A DNA stretch of 17,899 nt from Candidatus Bathyarchaeia archaeon (GCA_038882655.1 JAVZNT010000017.1:1-17899), one strand, 5' to 3'; positions 8,259-17,393 are shown, numbered from the stretch's first letter. Notes: generated by a model from the sequence alone, not told the origin. Numbers and translations are program-made.

Positions 8259-9863
8259 ATGAGCGGCGAAATTATTGGAAGGGGAACATGGTACGACAAA
8301 ATGGCTCTAAAAATAATCGAGAGAGAGCGAAAGCTGGGCAGAAGCCTAGACATGATAAGAACTGAAATGGGTTTAGGCGCTTCAGGTTTTCCCCACATTG
8401 GAAGTTTAGGCGACGCTGCCCGTGCCTATGCTGTCACATTAGCCCTGAGAGAACAAGGCTACCGTTCAGAGCTAATAGCCTTCTGTGACGACAAGGACGG
8501 CTTGCGCAAAGTTCCAGCGGGGCTGCCAAAAACCCTAGAAAAATATTTGGGATTTCCTGTTACAGACATTCCAGATCCATTTAAATGCCACGACAGCTAT
8601 GGCAGACACATGAGCCATCTTCTACTTGAAGCTTTAGACAAATGTGGCATAGAATACCATTATATATCGGCTAAAGAAGCCTACAAAAATGGCTTACTAA
8701 ACAATGAAATCAGAGCCTTGCTGTTAAATGCGAAAAAAATCGGAGAAGTAGTCAAAGAAGAGGTGGGACAAGAAAGATACATTGAGGTTTTGCCATACTT
8801 CCCAGTTTGCGGAAACTGTGGGAGAATATACACAACAAAGGCGATGAAATACCTCCCAGAAGAGAACAAAGTGCTCTACGTCTGTGAAGGCATGGAAATT
8901 AAGGGTAGATGGATTGAAGGTTGCGGACACAAGGACGAAGTCGACGTTACAAAGGGTGAAGGAAAACTAAGCTGGAAAGGCGAATTTGCGGCCAGATGGA
9001 AAGCCCTCGACATAAGGTTTGAGGCCTACGGCAAAGATATAGCAGACTCGGTCCGTGTAAACGACAGGATATGCCGCGAAGTGCTGGGTTGTGAACCGCC
9101 AGCCCACGCAAAATACGAAATGTTTCTTGACAAAAGCGGAAGAAAAATTTCGAAGTCAACGGGCAACGTCTTCACACCGCAAGTGTGGTTCAAGTACGGC
9201 TCACCTCAATCATTAATGCTACTTATGCTAAAGAGGTTTGTTGGGACCCGCACATTAGATGTGACGGACATACCCGCATACATGAACGAACTGGATTATT
9301 TAGAAGACGTGTACTTTGGGAAAAAGACAATTTCAGACAAAAAGGAACAAGCAAAACTCAAGGGCTTATACGAGTACTGCTGGGTCTTAAAACCACCCAA
9401 ACAACCAAGCATGCATGTACCATACAATATGTTAACTTTTCTGGCAAAAATTGCGCCGAAAAGCAAAGAAACAGAGTTCATAACAGAGAAACTCCAAAGC
9501 TACGGCTACTTACAACAAGGACAACGACCAGACCAAAACCTAAAAAGGCGAATAGAATACGCCCTCAACTGGGTTAAGGACTTCGAAGAAATCCGAGAGA
9601 ACATAATAACTCTAAAACCAGAAGAGAAAAACGCCATAAAAGAACTTATAGAATCCCTAAAAATAGAAGCAGAAGCGGAAAAAATACAAAACGCCATATT
9701 CAACATCGCCAAAAAATATGGCATACCACCACCAGAATTCTTCAAGGTCCTATACACTATACTAATAGGTGCACCACAAGGACCTAGGCTAGGTCCGTAC
9801 ATAACAGCCATGGGCAAACAAAACGTAATAAACGCCCTACAACGCACCTTAAACCAAACCTAA
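8259..9863 (+). CDS. lysS: Class I lysyl-tRNA synthetase
   Basis: Motifs ASGFPHIGS, D.LRKVP, IPDP..CH.SY, GKLSWK, E.YGKD, KISKS.GN and C-terminal GPRLG. Confidence 0.96.
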   Translation: MSGEIIGRGTWYDKMALKIIERERKLGRSLDMIRTEMGLGASGFPHIGSLGDAARAYAVTLALREQGYRSELIAFCDDKDGLRKVPAGLPKTLEKYLGFPVTDIPDPFKCHDSYGRHMSHLLLEALDKCGIEYHYISAKEAYKNGLLNNEIRALLLNAKKIGEVVKEEVGQERYIEVLPYFPVCGNCGRIYTTKAMKYLPEENKVLYVCEGMEIKGRWIEGCGHKDEVDVTKGEGKLSWKGEFAARWKALDIRFEAYGKDIADSVRVNDRICREVLGCEPPAHAKYEMFLDKSGRKISKSTGNVFTPQVWFKYGSPQSLMLLMLKRFVGTRTLDVTDIPAYMNELDYLEDVYFGKKTISDKKEQAKLKGLYEYCWVLKPPKQPSMHVPYNMLTFLAKIAPKSKETEFITEKLQSYGYLQQGQRPDQNLKRRIEYALNWVKDFEEIRENIITLKPEEKNAIKELIESLKIEAEAEKIQNAIFNIAKKYGIPPPEFFKVLYTILIGAPQGPRLGPYITAMGKQNVINALQRTLNQT

Positions 9864-9876
9864 AAACCCTTTTATG
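9862..9876 (+). promoter_or_regulatory. Putative BRE/TATA promoter of tRNA-Arg
   Basis: AAAAACCC-TTTTATG, with the TATA-like box about 25 nt upstream of G9900, the canonical archaeal spacing. Confidence 0.55.
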
Positions 9877-9899
9877 CCATTTCTTTTCTATCATAAACT

Positions 9900-9975
9900 G
9901 GGCCCGTAGTCTAGTATGGATTAGGACGCTGGCCTGCGGAGCCGGAGATCCTGGGTTCAAATCCCAGCGGGCCCG
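9900..9975 (+). tRNA. tRNA-Arg (anticodon GCG), intron-less, CCA not encoded
   Basis: GGGCCCG-TAGTCTAGTATGGATTAGGACG-CTGGC-CTGCGGA-GCCGG-AGATC-CTGGG-TTCAAAT-CCCAG-CGGGCCC-G folds as a cloverleaf. Confidence 0.96.
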
Positions 9976-10003
9976 CTAAAGACAAGTTCACTTAGACGTT
10001 TGC

Positions 10004-10304
10004 TTATTTCTTGGTAGGTTCCACCATGTCTTTAAGTTCTGCGGTTTTCTTGTCCAGCGAGATTGGGTCTCCAACAGCTTTCACTATGGACACGGTATCA
10101 ATACTTCCACTGATTCGAGAAACAGCTTCTTATATCCAAGTTCTCTTGTTGTTTCTTCTGTTAAACTTACATGTATGTGGGTTATTCCCCATGTGAGTAA
10201 TAGTTCTACTACTTCTAGGTCTATAACGCTGCCAATTAATCTGACGTCGTCGCTGACTACGTTTTTCTGAGGATTCGTGCGCTTATTTGCCCTATTTTAA
10301 CCAT
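10004..10304 (-). pseudogene. Frameshifted PRC-barrel-like protein gene
   Basis: Three frames join into MVKIGQIS... / KNVVSDDVRLIGSVIDLEV...WGITHIHVSLTEETTRELGYKKLFLESVEVLIP / VSIVKAVGDPISLDKK...*, matching the PRC-barrel pattern. Confidence 0.7.
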
Positions 10305-10406
10305 AAGGTCTATGATCATATAGTTTCTTGCCAACCTTCACTAGTCTGCCTCTTAAATCACGAGCTATGTCCCCTTTATACTGATACCTTTATGGTTTTT
10401 ATGCGA

Positions 10407-10979
10407 CTATTGTGCTTTTACTCTTTTCATTAGGTATCCGCCGAATCCTATTGCCCACAGCAGGATTGGGTAGGCGATTATGCGCTCCATTCCTCCAATA
10501 CCCAAGCCAAGGTCTATTTTTAGTCCAAAGAGTATGAGCGCCACCAGCGAAATCGCGCCTAAAACAACCGCCAAGTAGGATAACGGAGCCTTTTGTAACT
10601 TGTAGGAGGCTATGGCTGACAATGCCCCAAACAGAAAAGCCATTAACGAGACTGCTGAGTGTATTGGGCCGAAGTCTTCTGGGAATATTCCAACACCCAT
10701 GGCCCCAACGCCGCATAAAATTAGAAGACACAGAAAGACCTTGTCGGTGATGGTTTGCCTCAGAAAATAGGCGCCAGCCACCACGGTCAAACCAAGAACA
10801 AAAACCGAAGGATTAAAAATCAGCGCTGACGTTAGACCTAGTTTTCCAAGGTCGCTTATGTAATTTCCAGAGACGCTGTAGTCCGGATATATGCATTCAG
10901 CGATCAGCATGCATAGAATGAATTGGGTTGCCCCTACAAATATTAGGGCTCCGGCCTCTCTATTGTTTACTTGCGTCAT
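10407..10979 (-). CDS. DUF998 family membrane protein
   Basis: About five hydrophobic helices; motifs YS...NYISDLG, GAMGVGIFPE..GPIH and GGMER. Confidence 0.85.
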   Translation of the reverse strand: MTQVNNREAGALIFVGATQFILCMLIAECIYPDYSVSGNYISDLGKLGLTSALIFNPSVFVLGLTVVAGAYFLRQTITDKVFLCLLILCGVGAMGVGIFPEDFGPIHSAVSLMAFLFGALSAIASYKLQKAPLSYLAVVLGAISLVALILFGLKIDLGLGIGGMERIIAYPILLWAIGFGGYLMKRVKAQ

Positions 10980-10987
10980 GACACTAA

Positions 10988-11006
10988 ATGAACCTTAAAG
11001 GTTCAT
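10988..11006. promoter_or_regulatory. Perfect 9-1-9 palindrome (candidate operator) upstream of DUF998
   Basis: ATGAACCTT-A-AAGGTTCAT, 8 nt from the start codon and overlapping a TATA-like CTTATGAA on the minus strand. Confidence 0.6.
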
Positions 11007-11028
11007 AAGCTTTAGCATTAAAGGCTTA

Positions 11029-11868
11029 TTATCCGAAGTTTTTGAGAAGGGCGTCTATGGCTTTTCCAATATTTTCACCCTTGTATCCGCCTTCGAGGAC
11101 AAAGAAGGTTGGCTTTTGCAAGGCTGCAAGCATTTTGCCAATCTCAGAATAGGTTCTTTCAGTTAATCCAAGAGAAGCCAAATCCCCAGCATAAGCATCA
11201 AAACCCGCTGAAACGGCTATCACTTCAATCTTTTGCATGTTGACTTTTTTTAAGGCTTCTTGAAGGGTTTTTAAGTAAACTTCCTCGCCGCAGTCCGCTG
11301 GCAGCGGATAGTTTAGGCAGTTATCCTCAGAATAATAGCCCGTGCCTGGATAGTGGGGGTGCCTATGCAACGAAACGTAAACCACTTTTGGATCTCCTTG
11401 GAAGATTTCTTGTGTTCCATTTCCATGATGCCCATCGATGTCCAAGATTAGTGTCGGCTTGTTCAGGTGTTTAACGGCCACTGCAACGTTGTTTATGTAA
11501 CAGAAGCCCTTTGTATAAGCGCCTAGCGCGACGCCATATTTGCCTGCGTGATGCCCCGGCGGTCTCATAAGTGAGAACCCTTGGATTCTTGCGGCTAGGA
11601 TTGCGGCTCCGGCTGAAAGCCTCGCGTATTCATATATGTTTTCATAGGCTGGTGTATCTGGATCTTCTATGGCTCCCCTCTTGAGCAGTTCAATGTATTC
11701 TGAGTCGTGGACTTTTAGGAGATCCTCTTCCCTAGCTGGTTCTGGCGTTATAAACTCGTATCCTCGCTCTTTTAGGATTTCGTAGGCTCTTCTAATTCTC
11801 TGGGGGTTTTCAATGTGCCAAGGCCCGTACTCCAGACACTTTTCGAAAAAGATTATTTTCTTTTTCAC
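11029..11868 (-). CDS. Zn-dependent histone deacetylase / acetoin utilization (AcuC/AphA) family deacetylase
   Basis: Motifs H.ENPQR, RPPGHHA, GFCYINN, DIDGHHGNGTQ, SLH..YPGTG, SAGFD and LEGGY. Confidence 0.93.
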   Translation of the reverse strand: MKKKIIFFEKCLEYGPWHIENPQRIRRAYEILKERGYEFITPEPAREEDLLKVHDSEYIELLKRGAIEDPDTPAYENIYEYARLSAGAAILAARIQGFSLMRPPGHHAGKYGVALGAYTKGFCYINNVAVAVKHLNKPTLILDIDGHHGNGTQEIFQGDPKVVYVSLHRHPHYPGTGYYSEDNCLNYPLPADCGEEVYLKTLQEALKKVNMQKIEVIAVSAGFDAYAGDLASLGLTERTYSEIGKMLAALQKPTFFVLEGGYKGENIGKAIDALLKNFG

Positions 11869-11964
11869 TTGCGCACCAGCTCGGTTTACGTTTTTAGCTT
11901 AAATTAACCAGTTACATATATTAGTATTCACATTTACTGTTGAAGTGGAAAAGGCGGAAATTTC

Positions 11965-13908
11965 ATGGTTTCAGAGAATCCCCTTGAAGAGTTTAAAAGG
12001 GAATGCGAATCCGCACTAAGTAAGGCTATTAAAAAGCTTTCACTTGAAACACCGTTTAAATTGGTCTTTGAAAAGCCGCCAGTTTGGGAATTTGGTCAAC
12101 TGGCTTCTTCCATCTGTTTTGAACTTGCCAAGCAGATTGGGGAAAAGCCGCTGATTCTTGCTGAAGGCCTCATAAAAGCTATAGACAAGTCAAAGTTTTC
12201 CTTGATTGGCAATGTCACTGCAGCTGGTGGAGGATACATAAATTTTCATGCAAATTTTGCGAAGTTTTCTGAGCTGACCATAGAGTCTATTATGCGTTTA
12301 GGTGAAGCTTATGGGTTTGTCAAAGTTGAAAAGCCCTTGAAGATTATTGTTGAGCATACAAGTGTTAATCCGCTTCACCCAATACACATTGGACAGGCAA
12401 GAAATCCCATGCTTGGAGATGCCATTGCGCGTTTGCTTTTGGCTAGGGGGCATGTGGTTTTGCGTCATTATTATGTGGATGATGTTGGAAGGCAGACTGC
12501 TGTAATCGCTTATGGGTATGAAAAGCTTGGAAAACCTAAACCAACGGAGAAGCCAGACCACTTCATTGGTAAAATTTACACCATAACAAGCTGTATCGTG
12601 GAAATTAACCGCCTAAAAAGGGAGCTCGAGCGGGCGAAGGCTGTTTCAGCCGATGAGGAAATTGTGAAAATTAATAGAGAACTGGACGACTGGATGTCCG
12701 TCGCCTTCGAGTTAAAGAGCAAGCATCCCGAGCTTTTTGAAAAACTGCTCAAGAAAATAGGTGAAGATGAAGACCCAGAAAAGGTTGTTGGCGAGCTGAA
12801 TAGGGCTTATGAAGCTGGCGATGGGAAGGCTAAGCGACTCATTAGGGAGGTTAGCCAACTCTGCTTGGAAGGCTTTAAGGCAACTTTGGGCCGCGCGGGT
12901 GTTTTTTATGATTCTTGGGATTGGGAGAGTGACCTAGTTTGGAGCGGGCTTGTGGCAGAGGTTCTCCAAAGGTTGAAGCAAACGCCCTATGTCTCCATAC
13001 TTGGCGTCGTTTTAGAGTTTGATGCTGGAAAAGTGGTTGAAGACCTTAACTTGAGGGATAGGCTGGGATTAAGAAAGGATTATGTTGTGCCTTCTTTGAC
13101 GCTTGTACGGGCTGATGGTACAACGCTTTATACGACTAGGGATATAGCCTACACCCTATGGAAGTTTGAAAGAGCCGAAAGGTGCATTAACGTTATTGGA
13201 ATGGAGCAGTCTCTGGCGCAGATGCAACTTAAAATAGCCCTATACGCTTTGGGCTATGCTAAACAAGCTGAAAACTTGATGCATTTTGCCTACAACCTCG
13301 TGACTCTTCCAGGTTATAAAATGTCCAGCCGTAGGGGTCGCTACATAACATTGGACGAGGTTATGGATGAGGCTGTGAACAGAGCATATGAGGAAGTTGC
13401 TAAGCGCTCGCCTCAGTTGCCGGAGGATGAAAAGTGTAAAGTCGCAGAGTTTGTGGGTATAGGTGCTGTCCGCTATGCGCTTGTTGAAGTTGATCCTTCA
13501 AAGCCTGTCGAGTTCAACTGGGAACGCGTAATAAACTTTGAGAAGAACAGCGCTCCATACATTCAGTATACTCATGCTAGGGCTTGCAGCATACTACGAA
13601 AAGCCTCGAGAAAACCGGAAAAACCGGACTACGGCCTATTAAAGAAGCTCGAAAACGAAATTGTCTTTGCCTTAGCGGAGTTTCCAGAAGTCTTTGTTGA
13701 AGCGGCGGACCTTCTCAAGCCTAACATGATAGCTGATTATGCAAATGCTTTGGCTGATAAGTTTAACACTTTTTACAATGCTTTTCCCGTTATTAGGGCT
13801 GAGCCGCCAGAGCTTAGCGATGCAAGGCTTGCTTTGGTTGACGCTGTTAGAATTGTTTTGAGGAATGCCCTAAACCTTATTGGTGTACATGCCCCAGAAA
13901 GAATGTAG
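11965..13908 (+). CDS. argS: Arginyl-tRNA synthetase
   Basis: GYINF, EHTSVNP..PIHIGQARN..LGD, RADGTTLYTTRDIAY, KMSSRRG, APYIQYTHARACSIL and C-terminal APERM. Confidence 0.97.
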   Translation: MVSENPLEEFKRECESALSKAIKKLSLETPFKLVFEKPPVWEFGQLASSICFELAKQIGEKPLILAEGLIKAIDKSKFSLIGNVTAAGGGYINFHANFAKFSELTIESIMRLGEAYGFVKVEKPLKIIVEHTSVNPLHPIHIGQARNPMLGDAIARLLLARGHVVLRHYYVDDVGRQTAVIAYGYEKLGKPKPTEKPDHFIGKIYTITSCIVEINRLKRELERAKAVSADEEIVKINRELDDWMSVAFELKSKHPELFEKLLKKIGEDEDPEKVVGELNRAYEAGDGKAKRLIREVSQLCLEGFKATLGRAGVFYDSWDWESDLVWSGLVAEVLQRLKQTPYVSILGVVLEFDAGKVVEDLNLRDRLGLRKDYVVPSLTLVRADGTTLYTTRDIAYTLWKFERAERCINVIGMEQSLAQMQLKIALYALGYAKQAENLMHFAYNLVTLPGYKMSSRRGRYITLDEVMDEAVNRAYEEVAKRSPQLPEDEKCKVAEFVGIGAVRYALVEVDPSKPVEFNWERVINFEKNSAPYIQYTHARACSILRKASRKPEKPDYGLLKKLENEIVFALAEFPEVFVEAADLLKPNMIADYANALADKFNTFYNAFPVIRAEPPELSDARLALVDAVRIVLRNALNLIGVHAPERM

Positions 13909-13912
13909 CCTT

Positions 13913-14587
13913 TTAAGGTGCTTCTTGGATTATGGCTTTTGCTGTGCTTGTTCCTATGCGGTTGGCTCCAGCCTCTATCATGGCTAATGCGTCAGCATAA
14001 GTCCTAATGCCGCCCGCGGCTTTCACGCCCATGTCTTTTCCAACAACTTGGCGCATGCGCCTGACATCCTCCACTGTAGCAGCTCCACCAAACAAGCCAG
14101 TCGAAGTCTTAACGAAGTCGGCTCCTGCCTCTTTGACAATTTTGCAAGCTGTTATCTTCTCCTCAGTGGTTAGCAGGGGCGTTTCAATAATTACCTTAAC
14201 TATTATGTCCTTAAATAGGCGTTTTACATCAACAACAGCCCTAATGTCCTGCTTAATCAGTCCATAATCTCCTGATTTTAATGCGCCCAAATTAACGACC
14301 ATGTCGAGTTCGCATGCTCCGTCTTCGATGGCTTTGATGGCTTCTAACGCTTTAACCTCTGGAAGGGCGACGCCGAATGGAAAGCCTACTGTGGAGCAGA
14401 CTTTGACGTTTGTGCCTTCAAGAAGCGATGTTGCCAGCCTCACATAGGACGGATTTACAACAACACATCCAAACCCATGTTGAACCGCTTCCGCGCATAA
14501 TTTTTCAATTTCTGTTTTGGTTGCTGTAGCCTTCACAAGCGTAGAATCTATCATTTTTGCTAGCTGCTCTTTTGATATAGCCAACAA
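13913..14587 (-). CDS. deoC: Deoxyribose-phosphate aldolase
   Basis: Motifs VGFPFG, ELDMV.N, KVIIET, GADFVKTSTG, GVKAAGGIR and GANRIGTS; GGTGA precedes the TTG start. Confidence 0.96.
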   Translation of the reverse strand: MLAISKEQLAKMIDSTLVKATATKTEIEKLCAEAVQHGFGCVVVNPSYVRLATSLLEGTNVKVCSTVGFPFGVALPEVKALEAIKAIEDGACELDMVVNLGALKSGDYGLIKQDIRAVVDVKRLFKDIIVKVIIETPLLTTEEKITACKIVKEAGADFVKTSTGLFGGAATVEDVRRMRQVVGKDMGVKAAGGIRTYADALAMIEAGANRIGTSTAKAIIQEAP

Positions 14588-14661
14588 TTTTCACCTTACT
14601 TTAAGAGGATGGGGCTGTGGGCATTTATTGGTTTCTAAAAGCAGTTTAAGAATATTGTTCC

Positions 14662-15099
14662 TTAATCTTGTGGAATTGTTGGTATTATTGGCATGTTTGT
14701 CCCTTTGGGCGCGTACGTTGGGGTGTAGGCGTATGGTTCTTCTGATGATGTTGGGTAGTAGATGCGCCCATCTGGCGGAGTGGAATTGCCATCATTGCTG
14801 TTTTGGTTTTGGGCTGAATTCTCAAGGGTTTGGATGTCGCCTTTTTGAGGGATGCACTCTTCGGCGGGGTTTTGGTTTGCTTCCGCATCTAAATCAAGTG
14901 TTTGGCAGCCACTGCTTGGCTTTGTGTTGGTTTGAGTGGATTGCGTGTTTTCTTTAATCTTTCCGGAAGATTCCTCCACTGCATTGCTGATCGCATCATT
15001 TCTATCGAGGGGAAGACGCTTTTGATTTTGGTTTGTTGCGGTTAAGCCTGTTATTGTTAAGAGTATTATTGCCATCAAGGTTAGAAGGATTTTTTGCAT
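14662..15099 (-). CDS. Secreted or membrane-anchored low-complexity hypothetical protein
   Basis: MQKILLTLMAIILLTITGLTA is signal-peptide-like and follows GGGAG; the remainder is N/Q/T/P-rich. ATG 15099 is preferred to 15174. Confidence 0.6.
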   Translation of the reverse strand: MQKILLTLMAIILLTITGLTATNQNQKRLPLDRNDAISNAVEESSGKIKENTQSTQTNTKPSSGCQTLDLDAEANQNPAEECIPQKGDIQTLENSAQNQNSNDGNSTPPDGRIYYPTSSEEPYAYTPTYAPKGTNMPIIPTIPQD

Positions 15100-15263
15100 A
15101 GATCTTCTCCCTTCAATGTTTAATTGGTTACGCTTGGATTTATTATTTTCTGGTTTTAGCCCAATTTTACGCATTTAGTGTAGCATAGAAGAAGATTCCA
15201 CAAAGCTCAAAAAGGTTTGCGTGATAATTTTATTATTGCCGAAAATTGGAGAGGAGAGAAAAA

Positions 15264-17330
15264 ATGAAAGTTAAATTGGCAGCCATTTTAATTGTGGCTT
15301 TTCTGGTTGTCAGCACCTTCGGCTTGATACATGTGGAATCCACTTCTGCTTCGCCACTGCCAGACTACACACCTATAGACATAGCAGATGCACCACAATA
15401 CGAAATTGTGGTCGAGGGACCAATTGAGCCGCGAAGCCACCACTCATATTGGAACATTGGTGATAGGGCTTACTGGCTTATGGCAGACTTTTACCGTGGC
15501 CGATATTATATAACATGGTTCGAGCTAAAGGCTATTGGCAACACTGTCGAGATATGGGTGCAAGTCAACCTTGCTTGGCCTGCAGGAGACCCTAGGCCCT
15601 ACCCAACAATTTTGCCTGAACAGATACAGTATATTCTGAACGAGTTTGATAACAAAATCTATCCAATAGAAATCGAGTATTTTGGCACCCCAGACTTTCA
15701 CGATGGTTCCTACGCCTATCTTCCCGGTCTGATTGGCTTACCACCAGACTACTATTATGAGGAGAACGGCAGAAACGTCATACTAGTCTCAAACATTAGA
15801 GATGAGAACTATTACAACCCAACATACCCGTACTACATTGCTGGTTTCTACTCATCAGCCTACGAAGTCTACTTTGATAGGAACGTGATAACCATAGACT
15901 GCTATCAGTGGGAGCGTCGTGTAGGCCCACCAGGCTACGAGTGGATACCAGGCGTACCAGTAACACGCCCATACGTTTACGAAAGTACAGTCGCCCACGA
16001 ATACCAGCACTTGATCCACCGCGACTACCAACCTGAAGCCGAAACCTTCATGAATGAAGGTTGCAGCATGTACGCAGAACTCCTATGCGGATACGGCATA
16101 GACGCAGCCTATCTAAACAGCTACTTCGCCACGCCAGACAACTCGCTAACTGAATGGGGAGACCAAGGCGACATAAACATACTAGCAGACTATGGAGCAG
16201 CAGCCCTATGGGTTGTTTATCTAAGCGACCACTACGGCGGAGCAAACCTAATCCGCTACTACGTGCAGTCGGGCATCCCGGGAATAGAGGGCATAAACAA
16301 CGCCCTCAAAGCCTTCAAATACAAAGTGAAATTCGAGGACGTGTATCATGACTGGCGACTGGCAAACCTAATCCGCAAAGACTTCCCAGGATGTAAGAAA
16401 TACAACTACAAGAGCCTAAACCTCAACGACCCAGAAATAATACCAGTCAGAATATACGAAATAAGCGGACTACCAGTCCCATGGACAAAGGGAACAGACT
16501 TCGGAAACACAATAACAATACTAGGCTATGACACAGGCGTATCAAAAATAGGGCCCTTCGGAACAGACTACATAGCCCTCAAAGACTGGACAAAACCAGC
16601 CGCGATATACTTTGACGGAGACGACACAGCCCAATATGGATGGACGTATATAGCAGAGGAAGGCGTCTGGTGGTCAGGTGCAGAAGACTTAATGGACACG
16701 CTTTTAGTCGGCAAGGCATACGTGAAACCAGCAAACCCAACATTAGTGCTGACGACATACTGGGATATTGAAGACTACTGGGACTTCGGCTTCGTACAAG
16801 TATCAACAGACGGCGGAAAAACATGGACATCCCTAGAAAACGAATACACAACATATGAACACGACCCAGACGCCCACCCAGCCATAGTCGCCAACCTACC
16901 AGGACTGACAGGCTGGAGCGAAGACTGGATAACAATGGACTTCAACCTAACAGCCTACGCAGGAATGAATATACTGGTTGGATTCCGCTACATGACTGAC
17001 TGGGCAACCCTCTACGAAGGCTGGTACATAGCCAGCGCAAGCGTAAGCGGAGTAGAACTAACCCTAACACCAGTCTACCCAGAAGCAGACTTCCAAGTAA
17101 CAGTCGTCCACGTCTACATAATAGACGGAATGACGCTATATGTGCCGTTTGACATGTGGCTCTGTGACAAAACAGAAACAGGCGTAGAAATAGTCCCCAC
17201 CAAGAAACCAAATTACACCATACTAGTCATAAGCCCAACAACGCGCAAAGGATGGGTAGACTACCAATTCAAGGCAACACCACTACCAATACCACGATTG
17301 CCCTGCAAACTAGGATGCTGCGATGACTGA
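15264..17330 (+). CDS. Secreted zinc metalloprotease (HEXXH; M30/M6-like) with an immune-inhibitor-A-type MAM-like domain
   Basis: Signal peptide MKVKLAAILIVAFLVV; AHEYQHLIH followed by NEG.S.YAE; YWDIEDYWDFGFVQVSTDGGKTWTSL...FRYMTD...EGWYI resembles the InhA jelly-roll domain. Confidence 0.85.
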   Translation: MKVKLAAILIVAFLVVSTFGLIHVESTSASPLPDYTPIDIADAPQYEIVVEGPIEPRSHHSYWNIGDRAYWLMADFYRGRYYITWFELKAIGNTVEIWVQVNLAWPAGDPRPYPTILPEQIQYILNEFDNKIYPIEIEYFGTPDFHDGSYAYLPGLIGLPPDYYYEENGRNVILVSNIRDENYYNPTYPYYIAGFYSSAYEVYFDRNVITIDCYQWERRVGPPGYEWIPGVPVTRPYVYESTVAHEYQHLIHRDYQPEAETFMNEGCSMYAELLCGYGIDAAYLNSYFATPDNSLTEWGDQGDINILADYGAAALWVVYLSDHYGGANLIRYYVQSGIPGIEGINNALKAFKYKVKFEDVYHDWRLANLIRKDFPGCKKYNYKSLNLNDPEIIPVRIYEISGLPVPWTKGTDFGNTITILGYDTGVSKIGPFGTDYIALKDWTKPAAIYFDGDDTAQYGWTYIAEEGVWWSGAEDLMDTLLVGKAYVKPANPTLVLTTYWDIEDYWDFGFVQVSTDGGKTWTSLENEYTTYEHDPDAHPAIVANLPGLTGWSEDWITMDFNLTAYAGMNILVGFRYMTDWATLYEGWYIASASVSGVELTLTPVYPEADFQVTVVHVYIIDGMTLYVPFDMWLCDKTETGVEIVPTKKPNYTILVISPTTRKGWVDYQFKATPLPIPRLPCKLGCCDD

Positions 17331-17354
17331 AACGGTTAAGTATCAACCCACAAT

Positions 17355-17366
17355 CCCCCTTTTTTG
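17355..17366 (+). terminator. Probable oligo-T terminator after the protease gene
   Basis: Pyrimidine run CCCCCTTTTTT about 30 nt after the stop codon. Confidence 0.45.
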
Positions 17367-17393
17367 CTGTTAAATTAAATTCTAGATAATGTT

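Noticed and set aside
10011-10196. 61-aa plus-strand ORF after tRNA-Arg
   Set aside because: Antisense to the PRC-barrel pseudogene, which explains the region better.
12380-12840. HIGQ in ArgRS (and HIGS in LysRS) instead of HIGH, plus a helical insertion in ArgRS
   Set aside because: HIGH-motif variants and insertions are within the known range for archaeal class I synthetases; the other catalytic motifs are intact.
2313-14587. HD hydrolase + tmk + deoC as a DNA-scavenging or anti-viral dNTP-depletion system
   Set aside because: deoC is about 10 kb away in a separate unit, and the HD gene sits in housekeeping context with no defence genes.
829-17211. Numerous 60-146 aa antisense or alternative-frame ORFs (e.g. 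829-1152, 5188-5475, 5951-6268, 9185-9577, 9506-9847, 10399-10731, 14517-14957, 16579-16935)
   Set aside because: They largely overlap well-supported genes and show no recognisable motifs; treated as shadow ORFs.
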